DNA of 62,912 nt, filler included, from Neolecta irregularis DAH-3 (Eukaryota): the NCBI GenBank assembly GCA_001929475.1. It is 11 parts of 11 records of this genome, joined end to end, with 100 filler letters (N's around TTAATTAATTAA, not from the genome) between each part and the next. Parts side by side here need not be neighbours in the genome. Positions count along the whole stretch, not along the records: positions 10,714 to 12,842 come from LXFE01002852.1; positions 12,943 to 37,293 come from LXFE01002858.1; 9 more parts are not named here. One strand, written 5' to 3'. Positions 12,409-23,991 of the stretch are shown piece after piece. A program made the position numbers and the translations under genes. Numbering within the stretch: position 1 is the first letter of the stretch; every line of letters starts with the position of its first letter. A model generated the notes under the pieces. It was not told where the DNA came from. It saw only the letters and a program-made list of their open reading frames with translations, and searched no databases.

Positions 12409-12942
12409 CGGGTATGTGTGGGTGTGGTGCGGCGCGGGTACGGGTTGGTGGAGTGGAGAGATTAGAGGTGAGTGGAGTGGAGTGGAGGTGGATGGATATG
12501 GGTGGATGACAATGACACGTACTTATTCACATGTCCTCAGAGTCGCCCTCAAAACCCCCAAATACAATTTCCACAGGCAGATGTGCCTTGATGAGGGCTT
12601 TCCAGAGTTACCAAAATGTTGGGATCTGAGATGCAAAAATCGAAATTAAAGTAAATAACTAGCTTAGGTATTCGTACTTCTTCACCTAGCCAAAGTATTC
12701 GTACTTGCCTAGGAATATCTACCAAAACCCACCAGCCTCACCACTAAATCCACCAGCCACACTGTTATCCACACCTCTGTATACAGATATGGCCCATGAG
12801 AATCTGATTCCTAACAAACTACAAATAGCAACAAGCATAGATNNNNNNNNNNNNNNNNNNNNNNNNNNNNNNNNNNNNNNNNNNNNTTAATTAATTAANN
12901 NNNNNNNNNNNNNNNNNNNNNNNNNNNNNNNNNNNNNNNNNN

Positions 12943-13012
12943 AATATAAATATGATCATGATCATGATAAATATGAATATGATGATGATGAATATGAACT
13001 TGATAATGATAT
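12943..13012 (+). repeat. Degenerate (ATG/ATGAAT)n microsatellite
   Basis: Direct reading. Confidence 0.8.
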
Positions 13013-14322
13013 GATCCCTCCCGAATTTCGACGCCACAATCCACGCCGCATTCGTCTGCGTTCTCACACACAGTACTATCCATTAACTACACCCGCTCAG
13101 CTCAGATCAATGGCAGCAGCTCTTCCAGTCCCTCCAAAACAGTCGTGGTTCCCGCAATCTTACTCGAAATCATTTCACCTCTGGTGGAACTTGAACATCG
13201 AATCAGCAGAAAGGAAAGTCTTGTCCTTTGTCAACCTTCCAAAGGATTATGTCCCGGCAGTAGCACAAGTTGTTTTATCAGGCAACAATCGAATCATCAA
13301 CGAGTACTCCATTACCCCTCCAGATGATCCACAAAAGACACTTGTCGTCTTGCACGGATACGGCGCCGCTCTCGGCATGTTTTACCGCAACTTTGAGAGC
13401 CTCGCGACGATGGCCGATTATCGCTTATATGCACTCGACTGGCTGGGCATGGGTCGCTCCAGTCGTCCTGAATTTCGTATTCGCGCAAAATCACCACACG
13501 CTCGCATCGATGAGACCCTCGACTTCTTTGTCGAGTCGCTAGAAGAGTGGAGAGTACAGAGAAAAGTTGACAAATTCACCCTCATAGCACATTCATTAGG
13601 TATATTAGATCACTGAAGAGTCTTACTATGTAGGCGGATATCTGGGAGTCGAATATGCTTTGAAATACCCCAAACGAATCGAAAATCTCATCCTGGTAAG
13701 TCCTGCAGGGGTCGGCGAATCTCCATACGCCGCTCCACAAAAGCAAGACGTCGGCATCCCACCAACTGCTCTTCAACCCGATTTTACACAATCTCAATCT
13801 GCTCAAAAACATCATCCACCAGCTAACAAGGTACCCGTCTGGGTCGCTTTTCTCTGGAACCAAAACATTAGCCCATTCTCGATCATCCGTGTCGCAGGGC
13901 CTTTGGGAGCACGTCTCGCTTCCGCATGGAGCCACCGCCGCTTCTCGACACTGCCCAAGGAAGAACAAGATGCTCTACACGAGTACACATATTCTGTTTT
14001 CAAGGGCAAAGGAAGCGGAGAGTATGCACTGACTTATCTACTGGCTCCCGGAGCACACGCTCGTAGACCCCTAATTGACCGCGTAAAGCACCTGAAATGT
14101 CCGACAATATTCATCTGTATTCCCTCGATATTCTGCAGTGCTGATTGTATAGATGGTGACAGAGACTGGATGGACGAAAAAGCAGGACAGAAGGCCGCTG
14201 AACGGCTGAGGGAATTTGGAATAGAGAGCAGAGTACAAATCATTAAAGACGCTGGACACCATGTATACCTGGACAATCCACCCGCTTTTAACGATCTCGT
14301 TCGTCAGATACTGAACCAGTAG
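13011..14322 (+). CDS. CLD1: ABHD4/5-family alpha/beta hydrolase, Cld1/Ict1/Ecm18 type (cardiolipin-specific deacylase-like)
   Basis: LHGYGA, DWLGMGRSSRP, AHSLG|GY nucleophile, LILVSPAG, GDRDWMD, AGHHVYLDNP; alternative start ATG at 13110. Confidence 0.85.
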
Positions 14323-14660
14323 CTGTCGTATTTTGGCATGGTTTTTTTTGGTTGGTTTCCTTATTGAGGGGGGTAAACATAAACTGGAAACAATTTGTTC
14401 CCATACATCTCTACGTGCATTTCGTACATTATACAATATTATATACAGTTGGGGTTTAAATATGTTTCATGCAGAACTGAACAGGTGACCTCATTTCTCG
14501 TCCAAGAGCGGTAGACGTCAACGTCCATTCGTTCATCTAACCGCTACTTTTTTTTGCGTTCTCGTACTCTTTAGCAGTTTTTCTGTTTTCGGGAACCCTG
14601 TTTATCCAGCTGTACGCGATGTCTTCCCTCCGCCTATAAACCTTCATCTCGACTTATCCA

Positions 14661-17600
14661 ATGTCTGCCGCCTTACAGCGGGCCGGTTCCACAGTTGCCT
14701 CCTTCAGCACGGAAATAGATGACTTGAGAGCCGCTGTGGCTCATACCCAGACTTCAAATATCATCGTCGAGTTGGATTTGCAATGTCAGTTTAAATGGAT
14801 TAGCTGGACTTGGTTCGATATCATTGGGTGGGCTGGCACTTTGACTCTGTATGTTTACTATATAGCACCCACCCTTCCTCAATTCACGAAATCTCCCAGG
14901 TCTTGATCGACTCGGATAGACTTGTTTTTCAAGACGCAACTGAAAAGTTGCTCAAAGATGACTCGCATTCGCTGAGAATAAAGTTTCATGTCATCGTCGG
15001 ACAAGGGAAACCCAATGTCCACGAGACCGAAACTGATTCTGATGACGAAAATGTTGATAGAAAGCTCCCAGAAGCTTTGGAGATGGAGGGTCAGGGAATT
15101 CTCATTCGCGATCGAGTTACCGCCCAAGCAACTCATGTAGTGTTCTCTTGTTTCCTCCCTGACATGTAGACAATGTGGGTATTCAGACCCTTTGAAGAAG
15201 CAAAATCTTCCACAGAGTACATTGATACAGGGCTCTCTGAAATGCTTGGCTTTGGTGCATCAATACTCTCTCAGTATGTGCAAGAAATCATGGATAATCC
15301 AGACATTTCATATCCAGAAAATCACCCGCCTCCCCTCCCCCTCCACTGCCACATCTGCGAACGCCAGTTTGTACCATGGTTCTTTGAGAAACATACAGAA
15401 TTGTGCGTGTTGACGCATAAAGCGGAATCTTCCGTTCAGACATGCCAAGACGATATCCGTGATCACAGGCAGCTGGTCACCCGATTACTCGATGGACTTG
15501 ATCGTAGTCATCCAGATAAACCGTTCACTTTGGAATACAGAGGCCTTCCTTTGGTCGCTTCACTTCCACCAACACAACGAAACTCTGGCTCTTCTCGGTC
15601 TCGACACTCCATAGGACGCAGGTCGCATACTCGAACATTGGAAGTCCTTCTCGATCTCTGCGATACTGCGATCGATATATCAACGCCTGCGATCAAGGAT
15701 GAGTACGCTAATGTCCCCATCGAGCTACTCCGCGTGCAGTCTCCAGAGAGCGAAAAGCGTATCAATCAGATCATCGAATGGCAAATGCCCAATGTTGAAG
15801 ATCCCGGTGTTCAGGCTTTGTGCGTCGATACCCTTGCATGCGCACGAGCAAAAATCGACAGTGTTTTTCGACTTCGTAATACCATTCACTACTCGGAACG
15901 CGTGAATCAAGAGCTCCATCTCCAAGTTCAGGAAATCATTGCCCAGGCGGTCGAGCAATCCCATTCACAAATCGAGGAAGAAGATCTTGAGATACATAGT
16001 GAAGGATCTGACCAAGAACCAGCCACGGCACATCTAGCGCCCCAAATCCCCCATACTGAACAGATTGAAGATACCAAACAATCATCTCCACGAGAATCCT
16101 TTCATCAACACGCGCCATCTGGTGGAGAAAGTCCAGTCAGCCTCACCTGTTCCAAATTTCCTCAGGGTATTCGTGGGTATCCCTTCATCGAAGACAACGA
16201 CTCCGATTCTTCAGGTCTGGCTCCAAGAGCACAAACGAGTTCGCCTTGCTCGGATTATGAATTTCCCCGAAACACCCCTCATCGGAGAAGCACTCTCGGT
16301 TCACCACAGCGTGGAATCTCGCCATGCAGACGAATCTCTCCATCTCCACTGAAATCTAATAAATGGAGAACATCGACTTTCGACATTTCGACATCTCCAT
16401 TATTTCAATCTGCACAGTTTGAAAAAACAGCACATCAACACCATCATCGTCAATCGTCAAGCTCAACAAGCGATCGAAATCCGCCGCTGTCTCCTCGCAT
16501 CCCCCCCGCTCTGCCGACCCGCGCTGTACCGCCCTCAATAAAAGACTTTGAAATCATCAAACCGATTTCCAAAGGCGCTTTTGGCTCTGTTTACCTTTCG
16601 AAAAAGAAATCCACCGGAGATTATTTTGCGATAAAAGTGCTAAAGAAAGCAGATATGATTTCCAAAAATCAAGTAACCAATGTCCGAGCCGAGCGCGCGA
16701 TCCTCATGGCCCAAGGCGAAAGCCCATTCGTGGCAAAATTATTTTTTACATTTCAGAGTAAAGAGTACTTGTACCTAGTCATGGAGTATCTGAATGGTGG
16801 CGATTGTGCTGCTTTAATCAAGATGTTGGGTGCGTTGAGCGAGGATTGGGTGCAACGATATATTGCAGAAGTTGTTCTTGGGTTGGAATACTTGCATGCC
16901 CATGGAATCGTTCATCGGTAACTCCCCCTGATCTAACTAAAACTGATTCGACTAGTGATTTAAAACCCGATAATTTACTCATTGATCAACGTGGACATTT
17001 AAAACTTACGGATTTCGGGTTATCTAGAATGGGAATCGTGGGTCGACAGGCAAGAGCTAGAGAATCGGAGGCCTGTGAAGTGCCGGATCTTCTTCGAACC
17101 GGTCCTTTTCTTCCCATGAGCAGTTCTACAAGTTCACGAAGCGCATCTTTTGATTATGGTGCTGTCAGCATTAATTCGACACCCTCGCTTACACCTGAAT
17201 CACCATTTCAGAATGTTGCGTATTTCAATCTTAATAAATTTCGATCAGATGTGAATGAACAGCCACTGGAGGGAATGATGGCCAAGATGGCCATTGATAC
17301 CACTAGTCAGTATTTACGAGCTGATGATGATGCGCAAAGCGTCGCATCGAGCAGTAGCGGTCTTTCGGGGTTCAGTCTTGCAAATCTACAACAGCATCAA
17401 CAGCCACAAGTGCAGAACACAAATAAGACGAGCCAATCAAATTTAATGCTGCCTCCTGCAATGGCTCTTTTCGACCCCAACGACGAGACGAGAAAATTTG
17501 TAGGGACTCCAGATTACCTTGCCCCCGAAACAATTCTTGGGACTGGGCAGGACGATATGGGTGATTGGGTATATTTATGCTTTGGTATATATTGCTGATT

Positions 17601-20111
17601 CAGTAGTGGAGTCTCGGCTGTATTATGTTTGAATTTCTATTCGGATATCCACCATTCCAATCTCAGACTCCAGAAGAAGTTTTTGATAATATCCTCCATC
17701 GACGTATCGATTGGCCTGAAGAAGATCCTGACTGTTGTGTTTCCGAAGAAGCTAAAGATCTTATGAGTCGATTAATGACGTTGGATCAGAAAGAACGCTT
17801 GGGAGCGAATGGCGCTGATGAGGTGAAACGGCACAAATTCCTCAAAAATATCGAATGGGATAGGCTCTCTGAAACAGAAGGTCAGTTCGTGCCTACCACA
17901 CACAGCCCCGAAGATACAGATTACTTTGACAGTCGAGGTGCTTCACAGTTCGTTCACGATGATCCGGAAGCTCTTCCGTTTCAACGAGATGAAGCTAATG
18001 TTTGTGACTCCCCTACTGAATCCGAGCGTGAAAAATTGATGAATCGAATTCAAAAGGAAAATGTATTTTTTAAACGAGGATTGATACCTCTGTCTATCCC
18101 ATCTCACGTTAGAGAAAAGTCTCGACGGACAAGAAGATTAAGTGAGCCTTTTATTAACGACGATTTCGGATCCTTTACCTTTAAAAACCTTTCGGTGTTG
18201 GAGAAGGCAAATAAAGATCAGCTCCAGAAACTTCGGGATCATTTTGATTCGGCTCCTGTTTCTGCTGAACCCGCCAGGTCACCGGGATATCCTTCCTTTC
18301 ATCGACATTCCTCACTGCCAATACCACATAGCCATTCGAGTTCGCCGTCGAGCATATCGTCGATTCCTGTTGCCGTTTCACCTAGCAGGAAACCCCAATC
18401 TGGATCGCATAGTCCTCATATTTCATCGGCGGCTCTAGGTTCGTCCAAGGGGAAAAAGGCTTCTATTCAGTCATTACCCGACTGTAAGCCTTTGTTTAAA
18501 GAACCTTTTGTTTCCACAAGGACATCGGAATGGGTGCGACCACTAATACTCCCTGGCGATCAAGCAAATATCATTCAGCGGAGAAATACTTTGCCTGCTC
18601 GAGTTGGGGGTCGTCAGAGATCAAAAACCGTCGGCGAGGCAGCTAGTCTTAAACCCAATTTCGAATTTCTAAAGCGTACGAATCGAAGGAGCCACGTCTT
18701 TGATACACCCAGTAGTTCGGAAAATGAAGATACACGAGCGAGTGCTTTATTACGAGTCCAGAAGCGTCGTCAATTCTCTTGTAATAAAAGAATGTCAACG
18801 GTTATGCTTGGGTCTGGGCCATATTTCCGACCGTTGGATGTTCTAGTTTGCGAAGATAACCCGCTTACAAATAAAGTCATGGAGACCATGCTTGGTAAAT
18901 TGAAGTGTAGAGTTGTTTCAATGTACGACGGAGCAAGCGCTGCTTCGACTGCTATGAGCAACATAAAATGTATGCCAACTTGATTTATTATACTGATGCT
19001 CTTTTTAGTTGATATCATCTTCATGGACATCAAACTTCCCAAGATTAATGGCCAGGATGCAGCTAAAATGATTCGATCTACAAAACATGCGAATTCTTCA
19101 ACCCCCATCATCGCCGTCACTTCCTACCTGCCGGATATCACAAATCCCTCTGTCTTCGACTCGCAGCTGGAGAAGCCGCTGATGATGACCCGGCTGCGCG
19201 AACATCTCGAGCGGTTCTGTTATTGGAAACCATATGACCCAGAAGAGAGTCCAAGAATTTCCCAGCAGTTGCTAAGTTCGGCTGCATCAACACCTGCTCG
19301 GAAAGTATCCAGTATCGCGCCTTTAGATACACATACATTGACTCCTCGTTTGTCCCAGCACTTTGATTCACGACCCTTTCAAATACCCAGAGCATCTAAT
19401 TCTTTCGATCAGGGCCCCGCACGGATTTGGAAACCAGCATGTCATGCAGGTCACGATAGCTCTCCACGACGATCTGGAAGCATCGATAATCAATTTTTCC
19501 AAACAGTTCCGCGCCAGTCTCACCGAACTGGGTCTGTGTCTAGTATCGAGCAGACATCCTCTCGGTCATCACTCACCGAACCGACTTTTCGCCCGCCAGG
19601 CTGGCAGCGTACTGGCAGCGGCGGGAGTGTCGACCTTTTACCGTTAGCTATTCAACGAACCATTGAAGGAAGTTCGCGCCCTAGAGAATGGACCCGAGGC
19701 GGTAGCGGCTCCAGCATTGCAAGCATGGAGCCTCGTCTGAGTCAATCTACTGATGGGTGTCGCAATCAGCGATCAGGGAGCGGAAGTTCGATGACCTCTA
19801 TTGAACAGTTTGGAACGCCAATCCGTCAACAAATTCCGGAGCATCTGTCTCGTCGAACAAGTTCTTTCGATTTTTTGAAATCAAGCCCAACATTCGAATC
19901 AATAATTGAATCTACCTTAACCTCAGGCGAAGATGGACTTGGTAATTTGAAATCTCAGTGTCATTCCCCGGATAGTAACACTTCGCCATGTGGAAGTGCT
20001 ACACCTCGACCACCCGCCTCTCCGTTTCCAGAGCGAGTCATCCCGGCGTTGCCATTGAAAGGCCCTGTCACAAAGTTTAGAGAGTCTCATGGCACTAAAC
20101 ATGTGAGATGA
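14661..20111 (+). CDS. RIM15: Rim15/Cek1 (Greatwall-like) AGC Ser/Thr kinase with PAS, C2HC finger, split kinase domain and receiver domain
   Basis: CHICERQFVPWFFEKHTELC; PSIKDFEIIKPISKGAFGSVYL; HR|DLKPDN; DFGLSRMG; FVGTPDYLAPE; DVLVCEDNP...DIIFMDIKLP receiver domain. Confidence 0.95.
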
Positions 20112-20661
20112 TATGCTTTGAGATGTGATTTTGTTTTACTTTTGCGTTGCTTTTCGGGGGGTAGTGATTGGTGATTTAGGGGGTGGGACGGTAGTTCTCT
20201 GGCATTTTTGGCGAAGAGGGGTTCTCTTTCCGTTCCCTTGCTCATATTGTCTTTGCTCGATTTCAGTTTTCCCTTTTTGTGTTTGGTCATATAGTTTTCG
20301 TTTTTGTTATACCACTTTGTCAACTTTCGGTTTATTATTCCGAGATCACCAATATCTGATATGTTTGTTGAGACCCAGTCCTTTTTGCCCCAGGAAGAAC
20401 TAAATTTCCACCATATTATGTTTTATTTCTCTTACATGCTTTCCGAGGAATGACATCACCAGCTCCCGAGGCGGAGAAATGCAGCCTTGAAGTTTTCCTG
20501 GAAACCGCACGAGACGTCATGAAATACATTGATCATCCCCTATATAGAACAAAAAACTATTTGATACATAGAAAATCCTGTACGTGGTCAAACTTCTAAG
20601 TGTAACAATTGCGATGAAATGTCAAACATGGCGTGACATTTCCACGTCGTTGATATCCACC

Positions 20662-21454
20662 ATGTCCTCAGAAGCAATATCAGAATTATCCCCAGCTGAA
20701 CTTCGCAAGCAGAGGAGAGAAACAAAAATACTGTCGTCGGGGAACTTCCGTCTTAGCAAGATTACCAAAACTGCCTTCACTGGATTAGATTATGAGAAAG
20801 GTATCTTGCCTGTTGTATATTTGCTAAAGCAAGATCTCTCATCAACAATGCCCCAAGTCTCTGATCCTGAAGAAGTGGATATTAGCCCTTCTTCAAAGAT
20901 AGAAGCTGCTGGGCATTTCTCAAAGGAAGCCAGTGTCGATTTCTTCAAAGCTTTCGGCATTGACAGCGAGCAACCTCATCCTGAAGCATTTGTTCAAACT
21001 AGTCCGAATCAACTCGAGCTCTCAAGGAATAAACTGCTCTGGGATTTAACACACATATTTGTGTCTGTATTTCTGGTTGTTTATACGTTTGTTGGAATGA
21101 GATTTTCAGGTGTAGATAAGTACAGTCGACTGGATTTATCGACTACGGTATATACCTCTGGATATTCAAGCTGAACTGTAGCCCCTATTCTGGATATTCA
21201 TAGCGACGCAACTCGCGTTGCAAGTTTTACAGATCAAGGTGTCAAAGGTATCGTCCACATTCAATTTCATATCTGATGTTTAGAACATGGAAGATCCATC
21301 ATCAATACTCTCTCTCATATCAAATAATCTCCCCTGTCCGTTGGGAAATTATCTGTCTTTATTGGGAAAATACAGTTCAATGTGGTCGTCATTAGTAGAC
21401 GACCTATGTATTCTAATCCTTGGAATCGGCCTCATTTCTTGGTTTTACATGTAA
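20662..21454 (+). CDS. GET2: GET complex subunit Get2-like ER membrane protein
   Basis: N-terminal AELRKQRRETKILSSGNFRLSKIT motif; C-terminal TM helices ending LVDDLCILILGIGLISWFYM*. Confidence 0.7.
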
Positions 21455-21497
21455 CAATTTATAGTCTGCAATGGAGCATGCTGAAGCCTTAAAACTT

Positions 21498-21978
21498 TCA
21501 AGATGCGGTTTTCTTCTTCTGTATCATCCAATCTTCAAGGCCCTTATCAACTAATATCCTCAATTCTTGAACCTCCGGATCTTCCGGTAAAACTTCTCCA
21601 TCGACGACCCCTAGAAATTCGGATGTGATTTCATCTGAATGCCTGTTTTTAAGGAAAATACTTTTTGTAGGTGTCGTAGCACTGTTCTCAAATATTCGTA
21701 ACTCTGGTTTTTCTAAAACCTCTTTTCTGGAAAAAACCTCAATTTTAACGCCGGGATTATAGTACGCTAGAGTGGACAAATGCAATCTTACAAATTTACT
21801 AGCGCTCAGCCCGTTATTATCTTAGTTGAAAATGATACCGAGCGCCCATGCCTCCGTTTTCATTTTTCTGGCTGAATTCAATTTCTAGCTTTGTGATTTT
21901 TGAAGGCAAGCGGACTGCTGTCGCTCCTGTACGGATTTTTAAAAGGCTTGAAGCCAGCAGGCGGCCCCGCGAAGGCAT
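21498..21978 (-). CDS. MRP49: Mitochondrial large ribosomal subunit protein mL61/Mrp49 (L51/S25/CI-B8 fold)
   Basis: LLKIRTGATAVRLPSKITKLEIEFSQKNENGGMGAR|KFVRLHLSTLAYYNPGVKIEV; one short intron. Confidence 0.8.
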
Positions 21979-22969
21979 TTTTCGACTGAGAAATTTCGAG
22001 GGGGTGAAATACTGGAGTTTAGATTTCACCAGAAAGTTTGAGTAATGATAATTGCATTCAAACACGATCTTTCTAGGAAAAATAAAGCTATACAAGAGAT
22101 TTTAGATTCTCTCAAGTATACCATCTAGGTATACATTCTCATCCTCATTGTTTTCCTTCCCAAATGCACATTCCTAATGGCAAATTAGAAGGATATTAGA
22201 GATCAATAGTCCATGTTATGACTCTACAGCATGCAGAATTGCCCATCCTTTTGTTTTGTACTATCAAAATGATATTGAGAATCTATGTCTCAGCACACAC
22301 CCTGGGGTTGAGTGCTGATGTGGACTTAGGTTGGATATGCCGACATAGATACTATGAGTAAGGGTAACTACATATATTGAATATCAGGTGAAAGCCTAGC
22401 CAGCTAGTCCAGCTAGGCGCTACTTATATACAGATTCGCCGCATGGACTGCTGCTGTCATCTGCCTGCCCGCCTTTCTGTTGCCTTGCAAGGTGGCGATG
22501 CTTGTGACCGGCCCGACTGGGATGAGCTGCGGCCCTTGCTGCTCTTTGTGCTCCTTCCGAAGATTGAGCGGTGGCGGTGGCAAGCTGGTGGGGGTTGCGA
22601 CGGTGGGGTAAAGTAACTGGATGGAAACAATTGCATCATATTTATGCTCTTCTCTCCCTGCACTCATCTGTCAAAAGAAAAGGCATCTGGAATTTGGCTG
22701 CTTCTAAAAGTAACACTCTTGTATAGGTTTTTATGTTTATAAACCAGTTAGCATAATAAGAACCACCTAGTAGACACATGATCATTACAGAAGCTAAACT
22801 GTCGCATCAACATTTCAAATGTTAATCCTTCAGATTTCTCAATCAAAGTAATTTTTTGGCCTCCCAAGGCATCCACACCTACCAAAATTTTCCTAGCTGA
22901 AGATAGAGGTCATGCCAAAAAATTCCCACAGGAAAACGAGCATCATTCCTTTTCTCATGATTGTTACTG

Positions 22970-23779
22970 CTAAAGAACCTGCTTTGGTAAGAGAACCCTT
23001 CTCCGCTTACCGAAAATGGGCGCAACCCCAAACCATTTGTTCATATGCTGCAAGAAGTTGTTTGTATAAAAATAATCGATGTCGCCAATAATCCAGTGAT
23101 GTCCTGGTTTCTCCAACCGAATGTATACATCGTGCAATTTATCGCCTTCGAGAGAGAGATTTATTTTTACGTCGATTACTGGAATAAGTCCCTGCTCATC
23201 GTTTACTGCCTCGCTGATTTCCAAATCATCTCTATCTCCGATAAAGACTTCGGAATCTTGTAACTGGATGGAAACAATTGCATCATATTTATGCTCTTCT
23301 CTCCAGATTACGACAATATCTTCATTGTCGCGAAGGTTATTAATAAACCGTTGATTGAGCTGGAAAAACGGAGACCACATTTCGGGATGGCCGACTCTCC
23401 ATCTTCGTCGAAAAATGACTGCGCTATGGATTTTGAGAATATTCTGTACTGACGGCTTTTTCTCGTGAATGTAAGTTTGGAAATGAGGGGCGGTGATATC
23501 GGCTAGTCCTGAAGAAGAGGGCGAAGTATAACGTGAACAGAACTTTTGGAGCAAATTTCGAGCTTCTATTCGAATTGAGTTTTCGTAGATTTGCTTCTTG
23601 ATGTCGCTGTCAATATCGAAAGTCTGAGAAGAAAACGAGGGCTGGACCCGAGCAACTTTAGGGATTGAAACAACATGGTTTGTGAATATGTAGCGTTTGG
23701 GTGCAGGATATGAGATGTTTGGATTAGCACGAAACCTGCCAAGAGCCTGGAAAAGCCGACCGTGTTGAATGCGTAGCAT
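22970..23779 (-). CDS. Hypothetical intronless 269-aa protein, probably mitochondrial (possibly Tim44/Mba1-like)
   Basis: Long ORF with an Arg-rich, acid-free N-terminus typical of a presequence; family call weak. Confidence 0.55.
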   Translation of the reverse strand: MLRIQHGRLFQALGRFRANPNISYPAPKRYIFTNHVVSIPKVARVQPSFSSQTFDIDSDIKKQIYENSIRIEARNLLQKFCSRYTSPSSSGLADITAPHFQTYIHEKKPSVQNILKIHSAVIFRRRWRVGHPEMWSPFFQLNQRFINNLRDNEDIVVIWREEHKYDAIVSIQLQDSEVFIGDRDDLEISEAVNDEQGLIPVIDVKINLSLEGDKLHDVYIRLEKPGHHWIIGDIDYFYTNNFLQHMNKWFGVAPIFGKRRRVLLPKQVL

Positions 23780-23991
23780 TTGATCTGCAGTACAAAAAAG
23801 AGGCTGATTGCAATATCCTAATCTGCATCAGCTACTGCCAACTCCAACATTGTTTTACGAATATATACAGATTTCGTCAGAATCATGTAGGTTCAGGGGA
23901 GATGAGATGAAACGACAAGCAGTACTCTGCCTCATGGCCGCCACATCGTCACTCCCAAGTCGCGACTTCAAAACTCCAATTTCTTCGTGAA

